DNA of 64,000 nt from the human T2T-CHM13v2.0 reference genome, Homo sapiens (GCF_009914755.1 NC_060946.1); one strand, 5' to 3'. Positions 39,362 to 53,719 are shown, counted from the stretch's first letter. A program made the numbers and translations. The notes: generated from the letters alone by a model not told the origin.

Positions 39362-39775
39362 CTATCGCAAAGACTAGCTTTTCACCAAATCTGTTTTCCG
39401 TATATCCTAGGACAACAGCTAGACTGTATTTCTCAGCCTCCTTCACAGTTAGTTGGAGCCATGTAACTGAGTACTGCCAACAGAATGCAGGCAGAAGTGA
39501 TGTATGTCCCATCCAGGCCTAGCCCATAAAAACTTCTCTCCATTGCCGTCTGCTGGCTGGACATCAGTGTCTGGAGACACCTTGGAAGCCAGCTACTGAA
39601 CATGACAAAACCACCATCAGCCTGGGTCCCTGAATGACTGAGTGGAGCAGGCCTCATTCCTATCCATGCCCTACCTTTGATTAGATTTCATATGAGGATG
39701 AAATAAACTTCTATTGCATATCATTGAACTTTTGGAGTACACATATTATACCTACTAATGGTACCTTAACTATAT
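39362..39775 (+). mobile_element. MLT1J-like LTR
   Basis: gtatttctcagcctccttcacagttag...gcagaagtgatg...agcctgggtccctgaatgac...aaataaacttctattg. Confidence 0.78.
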
Positions 39776-40154
39776 CTGGAATTTGACCTATTTCCTCAAG
39801 GACAGTTTGGGTTAACTTTTCCCCATTTGGAATTACATAAAGCAAGACTCATGGTCTTCAAAATCCTCTCTTGAAGAGAAGGTAATGCACTATACTTGTT
39901 GGAACAGCAGAAGTATAGTCATGCAAGCTGGAATCATGGCAATCCTGCCATCCATTCTGGAATCTGCAGTTAAGGCATATCTTGGAGATATTACAGATTC
40001 AGTTCCAGACCACTGCAATAAAGCACATATAATAAAGTGAGTTACACATTTTTTTGTTTCCCAGTGCATATAAAATTTATGTTTACACTATTAGGTGTGC
40101 AATAGTATCTGAGAAAACAACATATATATCTTAATTTTAAAACACTGTATTGCA

Positions 40155-41035
40155 TGACAAAGATCTAATATCCAGAATCTGCAAGGAACTTAAACAAATT
40201 TACAAAAAAAAAATCAAAAACTGGGCAAAGGATATGATCAGACACACTTCTCAAAAGAAGACATTTATGCGGCCAAGAAACATAAAAAAGCTCAACACTG
40301 AACATTAGAGAAAAGCAAATCGAAACCACAGTGAGATACCATCTCATGCCAGTCAGAATGATGATTATTAAAAAATCAAGAAACAATAAATGCTGGTGAA
40401 GCTATGGGGAAATAGAAATGCTTTTACACTATTGGTGGGAATGTAAATTAGTTCAACCATTGTGGAAGACAGTATGGCAATTCCTCAGGGATCTAAAACC
40501 AGAAATACCATTTGACCCAGCAATCTCATTACTGGGTATATACCCAAAGGAATATAAATTGTTCTGCTAATAAAGACACATGAACACGTATGTTTATTGC
40601 AGCACTATTTACAATAGCAAAGACATGGAACCAACCCAAATGCCCATCAAGAACAGACTGAAAAAAGAAAATGTGGCACATATACACCATGGAATATTAT
40701 GCAGCCATAAAAAAGAATGAGATCATGTTTTTTGCAGTGACATGGATGAAACTAGAAGCCATCACCCTCAGCAAACTAACCCAGGAACAGAAAACCAAAT
40801 ACCATATGTTCTCACTCATAAGTAGGAGCTGAACAATGAGAACACATGGACACAGGGAAGGCAGCAACACACACTGGGGCCTGTGGGGGTTGGGGGGGTG
40901 GGGGCAAGGAGAGGGAACCTAGATGACAGGTTAATAGGTGCAGCAAACCACCATGGCACACGTATACCTATGTAACAAACCTGCACGTTCCGCACATGTA
41001 TCCAAGAACTTAAAGTAAAATTAAAAAAAAAAAAA
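40155..41035 (+). mobile_element. 5'-truncated L1PA (PA8-10-like), ORF2 end plus 3'UTR
   Basis: tgacaaagatctaatatccagaatc...ctatgtaacaaacctgcacgt...gaacttaaagtaaaatt followed by A13. Confidence 0.95.
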
Positions 41036-41238
41036 TAACAGCCAGAAACTGAAAATTACAACCTAATATAAAGCAATGATTGGTACAGAACAGTGTTTTT
41101 GCTTAGAGAAGAATAAACAAGTAGAGTGGAAGCGTCTGAAGACAAACCTGAATAAACATGGGGAAATATGATAATGGTGGCATTTCAGATTGGTGGGGAA
41201 AGAGATATAGGTTGTTCAATAAATTGTGTTTCAGAAAA
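41036..41238 (+). other. 3'-transduced segment (ancient L1M-like ORF2 relic) carried by the upstream L1PA
   Basis: Lies between the L1 poly(A) and the second TSD copy; AATAAA at 41218-41223 followed by an A-run. Confidence 0.8.
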
Positions 41239-41599
41239 AAAATACTTTATTGCAAAAACTGCTAATGGGCCTTCAGTGAGTCATTATCTTTTTGCTGGTG
41301 GAGGATCTTGGCTGGATGTTGATGCCTGCTGACGGATCAGGGTTGTGGTTGCTGAAGGCTGGGGTGGCTGTGGCAATTTCTTAAAATAAGACAACAATAA
41401 AGTTTGTCATCTCAATTGACTTTTTTTCTTTTTTTTTTTTTTTTTTTTTACAAAAGAGCTCTCTGTAGCATGAGATGCTGTTTGATAGCATTTTAGTCAC
41501 AAGAGAACTTCTTTCAAAACTGGAGTCAATGCTCTCAAATCCTGCCACTGCTTTATTGACTAAGTGTATACAATATTCCAAGTCACTGTTGTCAGTTCA

Positions 41600-43005
41600 A
41601 CGATGTTCACAGCGTCTTCACCAGGAGTGCATTCCGTCTCAAGAAACCACTTTCTTTGCTTGTCCATAAGAAGCAACTCCACATCCTTAAGGATTTATCG
41701 TGAGATTGAAACATTTCAGTCACATCTTCAGGCTCCACTTCTAATTCTGTTCTCTTACTGTTTCCAACACATCTGCAGTTACTTCTTCCACCAAAGTCTT
41801 GAAACTCTCAAAGTCATCCATGAGGGTTGGAATCAAGTTCTTCCACATTCCTGTTAACATTGATATTTTGATCTCCTCCCATGAATCATGAATGTTTTTA
41901 AAGAAAGATGAATCCTTTCCAGAAAATTTTCAATTTACTTTGCCCAGATCCATCAGAGGAATTGCTGTCTATGGCAACCACAGCCTTAGAAAATGCATTT
42001 TTTTAATAATAAGACTTTAAAGTCAGAATTACTTTCTGATCTATAGGCTGCAGAATGGATGTTGTGTTAGCAGGCATGAAAACAACATTAATCCCCTTAT
42101 GAGTCTCCATTAGAGCGCTTGGATGATGAGGTGCATTGTTAATGAGCAGTAATATTTTGAAAAGAATCTTTTTTTCTGAGCATCAGGTCTCAAGAGTGGG
42201 CTTGAAATAGGCTGTAAACAGATGTGCTTTCATCCAGGCCTTGTTGTTCCATTTCTAGAGCACAGGAAGAGTAGATTTAGCATAACTCTTAAGGGTCCTA
42301 GGATTTTCAGAATGGTAAATGAGCATTGGCTTTAAAGTCATCAGCTGCATTAGCCCCTAACAAGAGAATCAGCCTGTCCTTTGAAGATGTGAAACCAAGC
42401 ATTGACTTTTCCTCTCTAGCTATGAAAGTTCTAGATAGCATCTTCTTCCAATAGAAGGCTGTTTCATCTATTGTACATGGAAAATCTATTGTTTAGTGTG
42501 GCTGCCTTAATTGTCTTAGCTAGATCTTCTGGGTAACTTGCTACAGCTTCAACATCAGCACTAGCCTTACAATTTGATGTTATGCACATGGCTTCTTTCC
42601 TTAAACTGCATGAACCCACCTCTGCTAGCTTCAAACTTTTCTTCTGCAGCTTCCTAACCTCTCTCAACCTTCATAGCACTGAAAAGAGTTAGGGTCTAGC
42701 TACGGATTAGGCTGTGGCTTAAGGGAATGCTGTGGCTAGTTTCATCTGTTCAGACCACTCAAATTTTCTCTATACTAACAATAAGGCTGTTTTGCTTTCT
42801 TATCATTCATGTGTTTACTAGAGTAGCACTTTTAATTTTTTTCAAGAACTTTTCCTTTGTGCTCACAACTTGGCTAACTTTGGCGCAAAAAGCCTAGCTT
42901 TCAGCGAGTCTCAGCTTTCTACATGCCTTCCTCACTGCACATAATCATTTCTAGCTTTTGATTTAAAGTGAGTGGCATGTGAGTCTTCCTTTTACCTGAA
43001 GCCAA
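41600..43005 (-). pseudogene. Decayed Tigger1 transposase ORF
   Basis: ORF 42919-43206(-) ends ...KRKTHMPLTLNQKLEMIMCSEEGM, matching the Tigger1/TIGD1-type N-terminus; ASADVEAVASYPEDLAK in ORF 42464-42667; start codon lost, many stops and frameshifts; 3' limit approximate. Confidence 0.85.
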
Positions 43006-44229
43006 TGTAGGGTTATTAATTGGCCTAATTTCAATATTGTTATGTCCTAGGGAGTAGGGAGGCATGAAAAGAGGGAGAGAGATGGGTAATGGCCAATTGA
43101 CAGAGCGGTCAGAACACACACAACATTTATCGTTAAGGTCTGCCATATTATATGGGCATGGTTCACGGTATTCTAAAACAATTATAATAGTAACATCAAA
43201 GACCATTGATCACAGATTACCACAACAGATATAATAATAATGAAAATGTTTGAAATATTGCAAGAATTATCAAAATGTGACAAAGAGACATACAGTGAGC
43301 ACATGCAGTTGGAAAAATGGCGCAGATAGACTTGCTCAATGCAGGGTTGCCACAAACCTTAACTTTGTAAAAAAGACAATATCTGCAACACGCAATAAAC
43401 AAAAGCACAATAAAATGAGGTAGGCCTGTATATTTTTATCGTCAATCACTGCACAGTTATTCCTCGCCTACTGTACCATCCAAGGGAACAGGGCAGAGAC
43501 ATGGACTCTGTTGCTCAGGGAACACTCAGACATTAGACTTCCATGTGACATCTTTTAAAAGGTTTTTCTTCAGGGTTCATATATAGACCCTGCAGACCTA
43601 GGAGCTGCCACCTGTCAATCATTGGTATTCTGGGCATGTCCTGTAATTGTCCTTCCAATTACTGATATGCAGGGACAGTGGACACCAAAGCATAAGTCAG
43701 CAGAAGTCCGGGATTGGTTTTTCCTGGCCTTAGTCACTTTTCCATTTGGAAACTTCCATTAACTAGGGAGGAGCCTGGAAAAAGGATAATATTTAGGAAA
43801 TCTATGCCTCTTTCAGATTAACTGGCCACTGATCTATCACTGGTTCTGGGTATTGAAATGCTCCGTTAACTACAGGAATCCTCTCACTAGGGAAAAGGGT
43901 GGGTGCAGGTCTATGATGGGTGGAAAGGGAAAAGTCAAGCTGCATCTGTGTCTATGCAGCGTATATTTCCATCTGTGTGCGTGTGTGTGCGCGCGCGAGA
44001 GAGAGGAGCACCTGTGTGTGCATGCTGAAATAAACCTCTGTGGGAGTGACAGTTCTAATATTTGGACTTGGCAATAGCAAAGCCTTAAGTGTTCAGTAAA
44101 ACCTTCCATATTCTTATAACCCAGAAGAAAGGAGGGCAGTGACAACGTAGTTGTTGAAGGCCCTATGTAAAGATGGAGTGAGCTATTGAAAGTTCTTTGA
44201 AAGGAAGCCTGAACAATGCAGGAAGCCTG

Positions 44230-44385
44230 CATGGCTTCCAGGTCAGACAGCCCTGGGTTTGAATCAAGGCTGCACCATGTAACCTGGGCAAGTTGCCTAT
44301 CCTTTCCAAGATGGAGTTTTCTTATATGTTAACTGAGAATAACAACAGCTATTGCCTGGCTGTTGAGCCCATTAAACAGCATCAT
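44230..44385 (+). mobile_element. MIR 5' part (tail resumes ~46714-46757)
   Basis: gtcagacagccctgggtttgaatc...tgtaacctgggcaagttg; cctggcacagactaaatattcaacaaatgg. Confidence 0.7.
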
Positions 44386-44562
44386 GTTAAAAACTTCTAA
44401 AAGACTGAGTATAGAAGGAACATACCTCAACATAATAAAAGCCATATATGACAGACCCACAGCTAGTGTCATACTGAATGGAAAAAATGAAAGCTTTTCC
44501 TCTAATATCTGGAACACAACAAGAATGTCCACTTTCACCACTGTTATTCAACATAGCATCAG

Positions 44563-45026
<464 letters not shown>

Positions 45027-45457
45027 CTATCCACCTGACAAGGGATTAATAACCAGAATATATTAGGAACCCAAACAACTCTATAGGAAAAAAATCTAAT
45101 AATTCAATTAAAAATGGGCAAAAGATTTGAATAAACATTTCCTAAAAGAAGACATACAAATGGCAAACAGGCATATGGAAAAGTGCTCAACATCACTGAT
45201 CATCAAAGAAATGCAAATCAAAACTACAATCAGATATCATCTTACCCTGATTAAAATGGCTTACATCCAAAAGACAGGCAATAACAAATGTTGGTGAGGA
45301 TGCAGAGAAAAGGGAACTCTGGTACACTGTTGGTGGGATATAAATTAATACAACCACTATGGAGAACAGTTTGGAGATTACTCAAAAAAGTAAAAATAGA
45401 GGTACCATATGATCCAGCAATCCCACTGCTGGGTATATACCTAAAAGAAAGGAAATC

Positions 45458-45866
45458 CAACCCAAATGTCCATCAATGATAGACTGGATAAAGAAAATGT
45501 GGCACATATACACCATGGAATACTATGCAGCCATAAAAAAGATGAGTTCATGTCCTTTGCAGGGACATGCTGGAAACCATCATTCTCAGCAAACTATCGC
45601 AAGGACAGAAAACCAAACACCACGTGTTCTCACTCATGAGTGGGAGTTGAACAATGAGAACACATGGACACGGGGAGGGGAACATCACACACCGGGGCCT
45701 GTTGGGGGGTGGGGGGCTGAGGGAGGAATAGCATTAGGAGAAATACCTAATATAAATGACGAGTTGATGGGTGCAGCAAACCAACATGGCACATGTATAC
45801 CTATGTAACAAACCAGCATGTTGTGCACATGTACCCTAGAACTTAAAGTATAATAATAAAAAAAAA
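45458..45866 (+). mobile_element. 5'-truncated L1PA (PA6/7-like)
   Basis: caacccaaatgtccatcaatgatagactgg...gtaccctagaacttaaagtataataat followed by poly(A). Confidence 0.95.
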
Positions 45867-46085
45867 GAGAAAAGTGGGAGGGTAGGAGGGGTGTGGGGGA
45901 TTAAATACTACCTATTGGGTACAATCTACATTATTTGGGTGATGGCTATACTAAAAGCCCAGACTTCACCACTACCCAATATGTCCATGTAACACCACTG
46001 CACTTGTACCTCAAATCTATAAAAATCTTACAAAATTTGAAAATTTTTTAAAATAAAAATGTGTATATTTGTCCAAAAAAAAAAG
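45867..46085 (+). other. 3'-transduced segment (L1PB-like 3' end plus flank plus poly(A))
   Basis: ctaaaagcccagacttcaccact...; AATAAA at 46052-46057, A-run from 46075, TSD aaagaaaggaaatc. Confidence 0.78.
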
Positions 46086-46932
46086 AAAGAAAGGAAATCT
46101 GTATACTGAAGAGATATCTGCACTCCCATGTCTATTGGAGCACTGTTCACAACAGCCAAAATTTGGAAGCAATCTAAGTGTCCATCAAGAGATGAATGGA
46201 TAAAGAAAATATGGTACATATACACAATGGAGTAGTATTCAGCCATAAAAAAGACTGAAATCCTGTCATTTGCAACAACATGGTCATTAGGTTGAGTGAA
46301 ATAAGGCACAGAAAGACAAACATCACATGTTCTCATGTATTTGTGGAATCTAAAAATTAAAACAATTGAATTCATGGAGATAGGGAGTAGGAGGAGGGTT
46401 ACCAGAGGCTGGGAAGGGTAGTAGGAGTGTTGGAGTACCTTGGGGATAGTTAATGGGTACCAAAAAAAAATAATAATTAGAAAGAATGAATAAGACCTAG
46501 TGTTTGATAGCACAACAGCGTGTCTATAGTTAATAATAATTTGATTGTACATTTTAAATTGGATTGTTTGTAACACAAAGGATAAATGTTTGAGGGGATG
46601 GATACCCCTTTTTACATGATGTGATTATTACTGTTTGCATGCCTGTATCAAAACATCTCATGTACCCCAAAAATATATACACCTACTATATACCCACAAA
46701 AATTATAAATTAAATCCCTGGCACAGACTAAATATTCAACAAATGGTCACCATTATGGCCTTAGAGTCAATGGATGCCCTTTGGCCTATTTACCATCTCA
46801 TTATTTCGTATGTGCAGTTTTCATCCTTGTTTTGTCTTTTGATTCAGCCAGCTACCTCAGTGTAGGTAGCTGGCTTCCTACACATTTCCTACACTTCTTA
46901 GGACCTTGAGTCCGTAGAGAAAACCTCTAGAG

Positions 46933-47149
46933 ATGTGCTATCCGGTATGGTAGTTGCTAGCCTCATGTGGCTATTTAATTATAAATTTAAATTAATGAAA
47001 ATAAAATAAAATTAGAAACTGAGCTCCTCAATTGCACTAGCCACGTTTAAAGCTCTCAGTAATCTCATGTGGCCAGTAGCCACTGTATTGGATAGCACAG
47101 ATAGAGAGAGCATTTTCCCCATCATGGAAAGTTCTATTAGACAGCACTG
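46933..47149 (-). mobile_element. MER3 hAT-Charlie MITE
   Basis: gtgctatccggtatggtag...catgtggctattta...gaaagttctattagacagcactg. Confidence 0.88.
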
Positions 47150-47809
47150 GGCTAAAAAGGATTATATAGAACTATGAGCCATTTTCCAGTATTTCCAAAG
47201 GCCTAATGAAAACTCTATATTTACTCTCAACGAGACTGCCCAGGTTAGCTAAAACACCCAGGGGACTACTTTCGGCTGGAACTATAACAGGCTGTGCTGT
47301 CATATCTTCCATGGCCAATGATCAAATAGGTGGGCTGGGAACAAGCCAGGGCCCTAGGCCCTGCATCTGGACCTGGAGAGCTGGCTGTGCAGCAGGCACA
47401 GCAGCTAGCGGGCAGTGGGCAGGACCTCTGGCTGCAATCCCGGCCCCTAGTATCTTTGTGGTAGAAAGTGTGGAGGAGTCAGGAGCTATAAAGCCCAAGT
47501 ATGGCAAAGCCAAAGAGGTAGGAAGGAGATATGGTGACTGGGGACCAACCAGGTGTCAAGGACATGGGAGGGAAGGAAGCACTGGACCCAAGCAGAAGCT
47601 GGAACTTGTGAGTGTGAAGACGACTGTGGAAGAGCAGCTCAGCTTCCTGACCCTGTGTATACTGCACAGTCTCCTAAAGGTAGCAGGCAATAGATCTAGA
47701 TATTACTTGTCAACAAAAATGCTCCTCTAAGAAGTTGTGTTTTTGACTCATAAAAGCGGAAGAACAAGTTAAATATTACTTTATACATGCAGTTTACTTG
47801 TTGGATGTG

Positions 47810-48591
<782 letters not shown>

Positions 48592-48600
<9 letters not shown>

Positions 48601-48682
48601 GCTATCATAAACAATGGGCAAAATATACCAAAATGTGTACTTTGTGGAGGAAACACTAGTAAAAGGAGCCTTTGACAAGGAA
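48592..48682 (+). repeat. Local direct repeat C, copy 1 (partner 49124-49206 plus 49536-49543)
   Basis: 13 mismatches over 91 bp with no gaps once the Alu is removed. Confidence 0.92.
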
Positions 48683-49123
48683 CAGATACTGTTTTCCCCT
48701 GCTTTGTGAGGTCAGAGAACAGATTCTGAAATCAGGCTGCAGGGTTTGAATACTGGTTCTTCAGGAGCCACTGTCCTATACCAAGTTTTGGTGCAAATCA
48801 AATAAGGCAACTCCTCTAGACAGATAAAAGTCCAGTGGGCCCACAGCTTGGTGAAAAGGTCATATCTTTTAATGAATTTGATAAAGGATTTGTTCCTCCC
48901 AACAAACTCAGCCTCATACTAGCATCCATGACTTGTTAACCAGATTGGTGGCCGGATTTCAGACTCCTGGGCCAGGCATCATTGAGCTGTGAAAAACATG
49001 CACAGACATACACGGTGGCCATGGGGTCCACCACCTCCCACTTGTGAAGCCTGGGCCAAATGAATGGATTTCCCTTTGCCTCAATTTCCTTATCTAGAAG
49101 ATGAAGCTAATAATAACATGCTA

Positions 49124-49206
49124 TCTTTACATGCTATCATATACAGTGGGCAAAATATATCAAAATATGCACCTTGTGGAGGGAACGCTTGTGAAAAGAG
49201 ACTTTG
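49124..49206 (+). repeat. Local direct repeat C, copy 2 (continues after the Alu at 49536-49543)
   Basis: tctttacatgctatcata...gggcaaaatata...ttgtggagg...ctttg. Confidence 0.92.
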
Positions 49207-49522
49207 GGCTCAGCACAATGGCTTAAGCCTGTAATCCTAGCACTTTGGGAGGCCGAGGAGGGGGCATCACAAGGTCAGGAGCTCAAGACCAGCCTGGCCA
49301 ACTTGGTGAAACCCTGTCTCTATTAAAAATACAAAAATTAGCGGGGTGTGGTGTTACATGCCTGTAATCCCAGCTACTCAGGAGGCTGAGGCAGAATTGC
49401 TTGAATGGAGGCGGAGGTTACAGTGAGCTGAGATCACGCGCCACTGTACTCCAGCCTGGGTGACACAGTGAGACTCCATCTCAAAAAAAAAAAAAAATTA
49501 AAAATTAAAAAAAAAAGAGAGA
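49207..49522 (+). mobile_element. AluS (Sg-like)
   Basis: Full Alu; TSD agagactttg, with the 3' copy expanded into (GA)n. Confidence 0.96.
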
Positions 49523-52139
49523 GAGAGAGACTTTGACAGGGAAGCTTACTGGATCATAGATTAGGGAACTGGTTTGGAGACTCCTTTGAAGCAATGAGTT
49601 TAAGCCTAAACTCGCCGGCTTCCTCCCTTTAAGAGTTATTTTGCATATTAAATGAGATACCCAGTATCTATGTCTGCACAACAGGAAACATACTACCTGC
49701 TGTTGTTAACAATGCAATGGCCATTATCATCATTATCACCATCATCATCGCCATCATCATTTTCCTTCCCTCATAATGTATTTACAAACCCCTAAAGTGT
49801 TGGCCAGCAAATAAGGACTCAATTATTCTTAAATTTAGAATCTGGTTGAATGATGGCCCACAGCTCTGCCTCCATCCGTGTTCATGAGCTCCTCATCTAT
49901 CTCAACTAAATCCCAAAGCATTGCCTTGATTCCAAGCATCAGTTTGTCATATCTGCAGCAGCATCAGCCCAGAAATGTTTTAATTGCCAAAAGTTCTGTT
50001 TAGCCAGCTGAAGAATGAGGACTTGTAGAATAGCTGTCTCCGTTTACTGTCACGTCAGCACAAATAGAAAATTTTCTCAAAGTGAGAAGGAAGAGTAGAG
50101 GGTGGTCTGGAATGTCCTAAAGGAGGAATGAAGGTCTGTGTTGAGTCTGGGAGCTCAGGTCAGGGTTTTGTTGATGAGCAATCAATAAGGCAGGACCAGC
50201 GGGTAGAGACTGTTGCTCTGTGTTTAGAGCTGGGACAACAGCTTGTGGAATGTGGATCCCAGGAAGTGGTGGATCCAAGGGCAAGTAGCTGTGTGATTCC
50301 TCCGTTTCTCCCCTCACAGCCATAACCATAGGTGTGAAAACAGGTGGAGAGCATCACTGACAAGATGCTCCCTTAGGAAGAGAACCAGCAGCACTGGGGT
50401 GGAAGAAAAGCCTGGGAGATCCACGTAACAGAGGAGCCCTGTTCCCCTCCACCAACTGCCCCTAGCCCAGGTGTGGCGCTGGTGCCAGGTCTTCAGAGGA
50501 AGGGAGTTGTCCCTAGGAAAGGGACCAGGGACAGAGTGAAGAATGAGGCTGGAAGAGAAGCAAGGAGCCAGGAGGATGGTGATAGACTGAGATGAACTCA
50601 GCAGTGAAATTCCACGTGGCAAAATGGAAAATCTACATTAGAGAGTGGTGATTCCTGCAGTGCCTGTCAATGATGCCTCAATGTCTCCCCTCAAACCTCC
50701 AACCAAATTTCCTTTGCTCACTGATGCCTGGTGTAAGTGGATTCACCTGAGGGGAACATAAAGAGAAGATGAGATTCACAGCTAGGTCCTCACTTTGCTC
50801 AACAGAGGCATCACAGGATGCCTGAGCAGTCTGGAGACAGTGAGCCCTCAGGACTCTGCAGAAACCCAGGGGAGGGGCTCTGGACTTCCTCAGGGATTGG
50901 CAGGGGTTTGAGTCTCATTTACATCTTTGAAGGGCAAAAGTTCCCAGTGGAGATCTGGGTTACACATCCAGGACCAGTTGGTCAGAAGATTGCACGTTTC
51001 ATCTTCTGCAAAGCCTGTTTGGAAGGAGGGTGGGTGCCTCCAAAATGGAGACTCCAAAGATATCCATGCAGATCCCAGCTCTGCACTTACAGGCTGCTTG
51101 GCCTTGAGAAAGCTCCCTGACCTCTTGGAGTGTCATTATCATCTAGCACGGTGCCTGGTTCCTAATTGGCCTCAACCACTCTTCAATGACTGTGCAAATG
51201 AGCCTGGTGCTGAAGACAGTCTTTATGCAGAGACAGTTCCACAGACCCAGCCTGAGGGAAAGCTGTGTGGGGAGGAGGGAAGCCTGAGTGCTGTGTCTCC
51301 GGGGAGCAAAGAGGAGCAGGGGCCCCACCAACCCTCTGCCCCAGGTCTTCTAGGGTGGTCTGCATTTTGCCCCAAATACGTAGCTACATGTTATGCCATG
51401 TAAAGGTGTGGAGTAGAAGCAGGGATAATCTTGAAAACAATTAACAACTGGTACAGTCAGAATGGATGCCATCTGTCACTGGTGTGCACCAGCCACGTGT
51501 ATAAGGTATTCGTGGGTGCAGAAAATAATATCCCTATAGGCAGCACATTGTGATCACCAGAATATCAACTCACGGCCTTTGAAGGAACATGTATGCTGGT
51601 CCCTGCTTTACAGCCTCACTTAAAACCACGCAATGTTGGAAATAGCCCTTCTCTCCATGAGCTTCAAATTCCTCACCTATAAAGTGAGTAGAGAATGGCC
51701 TGCAGAGCCAAAGTGAGGGTGAGGGAAGGAAGGCAGCGTGGAGTCAAGCAAGGGAGCAATTTCAGGAGTCCCAGCCTCAGCCCCAAGCCTTGGGGAGCTT
51801 TGGGGCACAAACAACCCCTCAGACTCTGATGGAGTTTGTCTGGAGACAGAGGAGCTGGGTGTTTTGCACCCACACTGGTCAACTAGTGACTACAGGCTGT
51901 TCCCATTGTGGCATGGACTCCCAGGCATAGTAGCTCTGCCTATGCTCAGAGACTCCGATTCCCAAGAACAGTCCTCTGACTGTGGCGGTGTAGGTGAGAG
52001 CCATCGCAGCAAAACAGTATCTGGGCTGGGTGCACAGAGTGGGTTACAGGGATGGGAGGGGAGGACCACACTAGCTGGAACTCTTATGAGAATCAAATTA
52101 AATCAATGCATGTCGGAGTTTTTTCATCTTCCCATCCCT

Positions 52140-52370
52140 GGGTGCAATAATGCTGATAACCACTTACATGTCTCTTACCATAAGCCAGGCACTGTTCTAA
52201 GTGCTCCACATGGATTCACTCATTTTATTCTTACCTCCAGATGTGAAAACTGGGGCACAAAAAGGAAAGTAACTTGCTCAAGGTCACACAGCCAGTAGGT
52301 GGCAAAATGGGTACTTGTGCCTGGAAAATCTAGGTCCACAGCCCCTGCTCTTAAACACCGTGATGTGCTG
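52140..52370 (-). mobile_element. MIR SINE
   Basis: gccaggcactgttctaagtgct...aagtaacttgctcaaggtcacacagccagtaggtggc. Confidence 0.85.
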
Positions 52371-52401
52371 CATTCGGGTGTGGCCAGGGCCATGCTCCCT
52401 C

Positions 52402-52924
<523 letters not shown>

Positions 52925-53719
52925 AAGGTATTTACTGAAATAATAGCTAAATACACATTAGCTATTATTACTCCTGCTACTTCTACTTATTATCTTTGCT
53001 GCTTTTATTATTGTTGTCACTAATATAAAGCTGGAAGGAACCACCATAGAGCTCATATCACATCGCAGATGGGGAAATCAAGGCACAGAGAAGGAACTCT
53101 GCATAAAGGTGACAAAGCCAGAACTCTCACTCTCTCGATTCCCTGGATGGCCGTCTTTCCACCAGTGTGCTATAAAACAATTCCACAGCCATTTTAGCAC
53201 TTCAACTTCAAGCTTTGTCTATGGGGTTTAAATATTCCATCTCTGACCAACCGTGAAACCATGGAAACTGAATGGCAAATTGAAAAGGCAGCAAACAAAT
53301 TAGCTTGCAAAACCCCACAAATGATATAATCGCTCCAGTATTTAAGCTGCAGATATTCTCTGCATTTCAGCCAAGGCCTTTCTCAATTGCTTTTGTAAAC
53401 CTGCACTTGTGTGTTCCACGTTCAGCATCAGCCCACACAATACTGTGGCCAGACTCTACATGCATCCTCAGCTCCACAGATTCAGAGCCAAACTCAAAGG
53501 GGTGAAACTTACCCTTGACCCAGACCTTTACCCTCCCATCCTGGGCAGGAAGGCCAAAGCACAAGAACAGGTCTCCAGTTCTGTTGTTTTATTCCTCCTG
53601 GGAGGCTCCAAAGATAAGTAAATAGGAGTGCTATTCTGTGGGTGGGAAGAGAGTAAAATTGTTTAAAGTGGAACAAGGGGGAAATTACAATAAAAACTAG
53701 CCAGAAGCAGAGAGGCATC

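Larger units (their letters stand above)
39973..43428 (-). mobile_element. Full-length Tigger1 (TcMar-Tigger) DNA transposon, interrupted by L1 at 40155-41238
   Basis: Both termini present (aggcatatcttggagatatt... and ...aaaatgaggtaggcctg) with TA flanks. Confidence 0.93.

Noticed and set aside
43924-43942. 19-bp match aaagggaaaagtcaagctg to the MER4A1 LTR near 35690
   Set aside because: Short, purine-rich and not extendable; likely chance
46028-46576. 182-aa minus-strand ORF
   Set aside because: Antisense of an L1MA 3' region
47206-47730. 174-aa ATG-initiated ORF
   Set aside because: No recognisable domain, weak start context and no promoter or exon support; compatible with chance in 64 kb and possibly an old LTR
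48762-49032. About 270-bp segment splitting a MIR, possibly a hAT-type transposon
   Set aside because: Could not identify terminal inverted repeats or a TSD, so it is not called
51738-52298. 186-aa ORF with non-ATG start
   Set aside because: Runs into a MIR; no homology recognised
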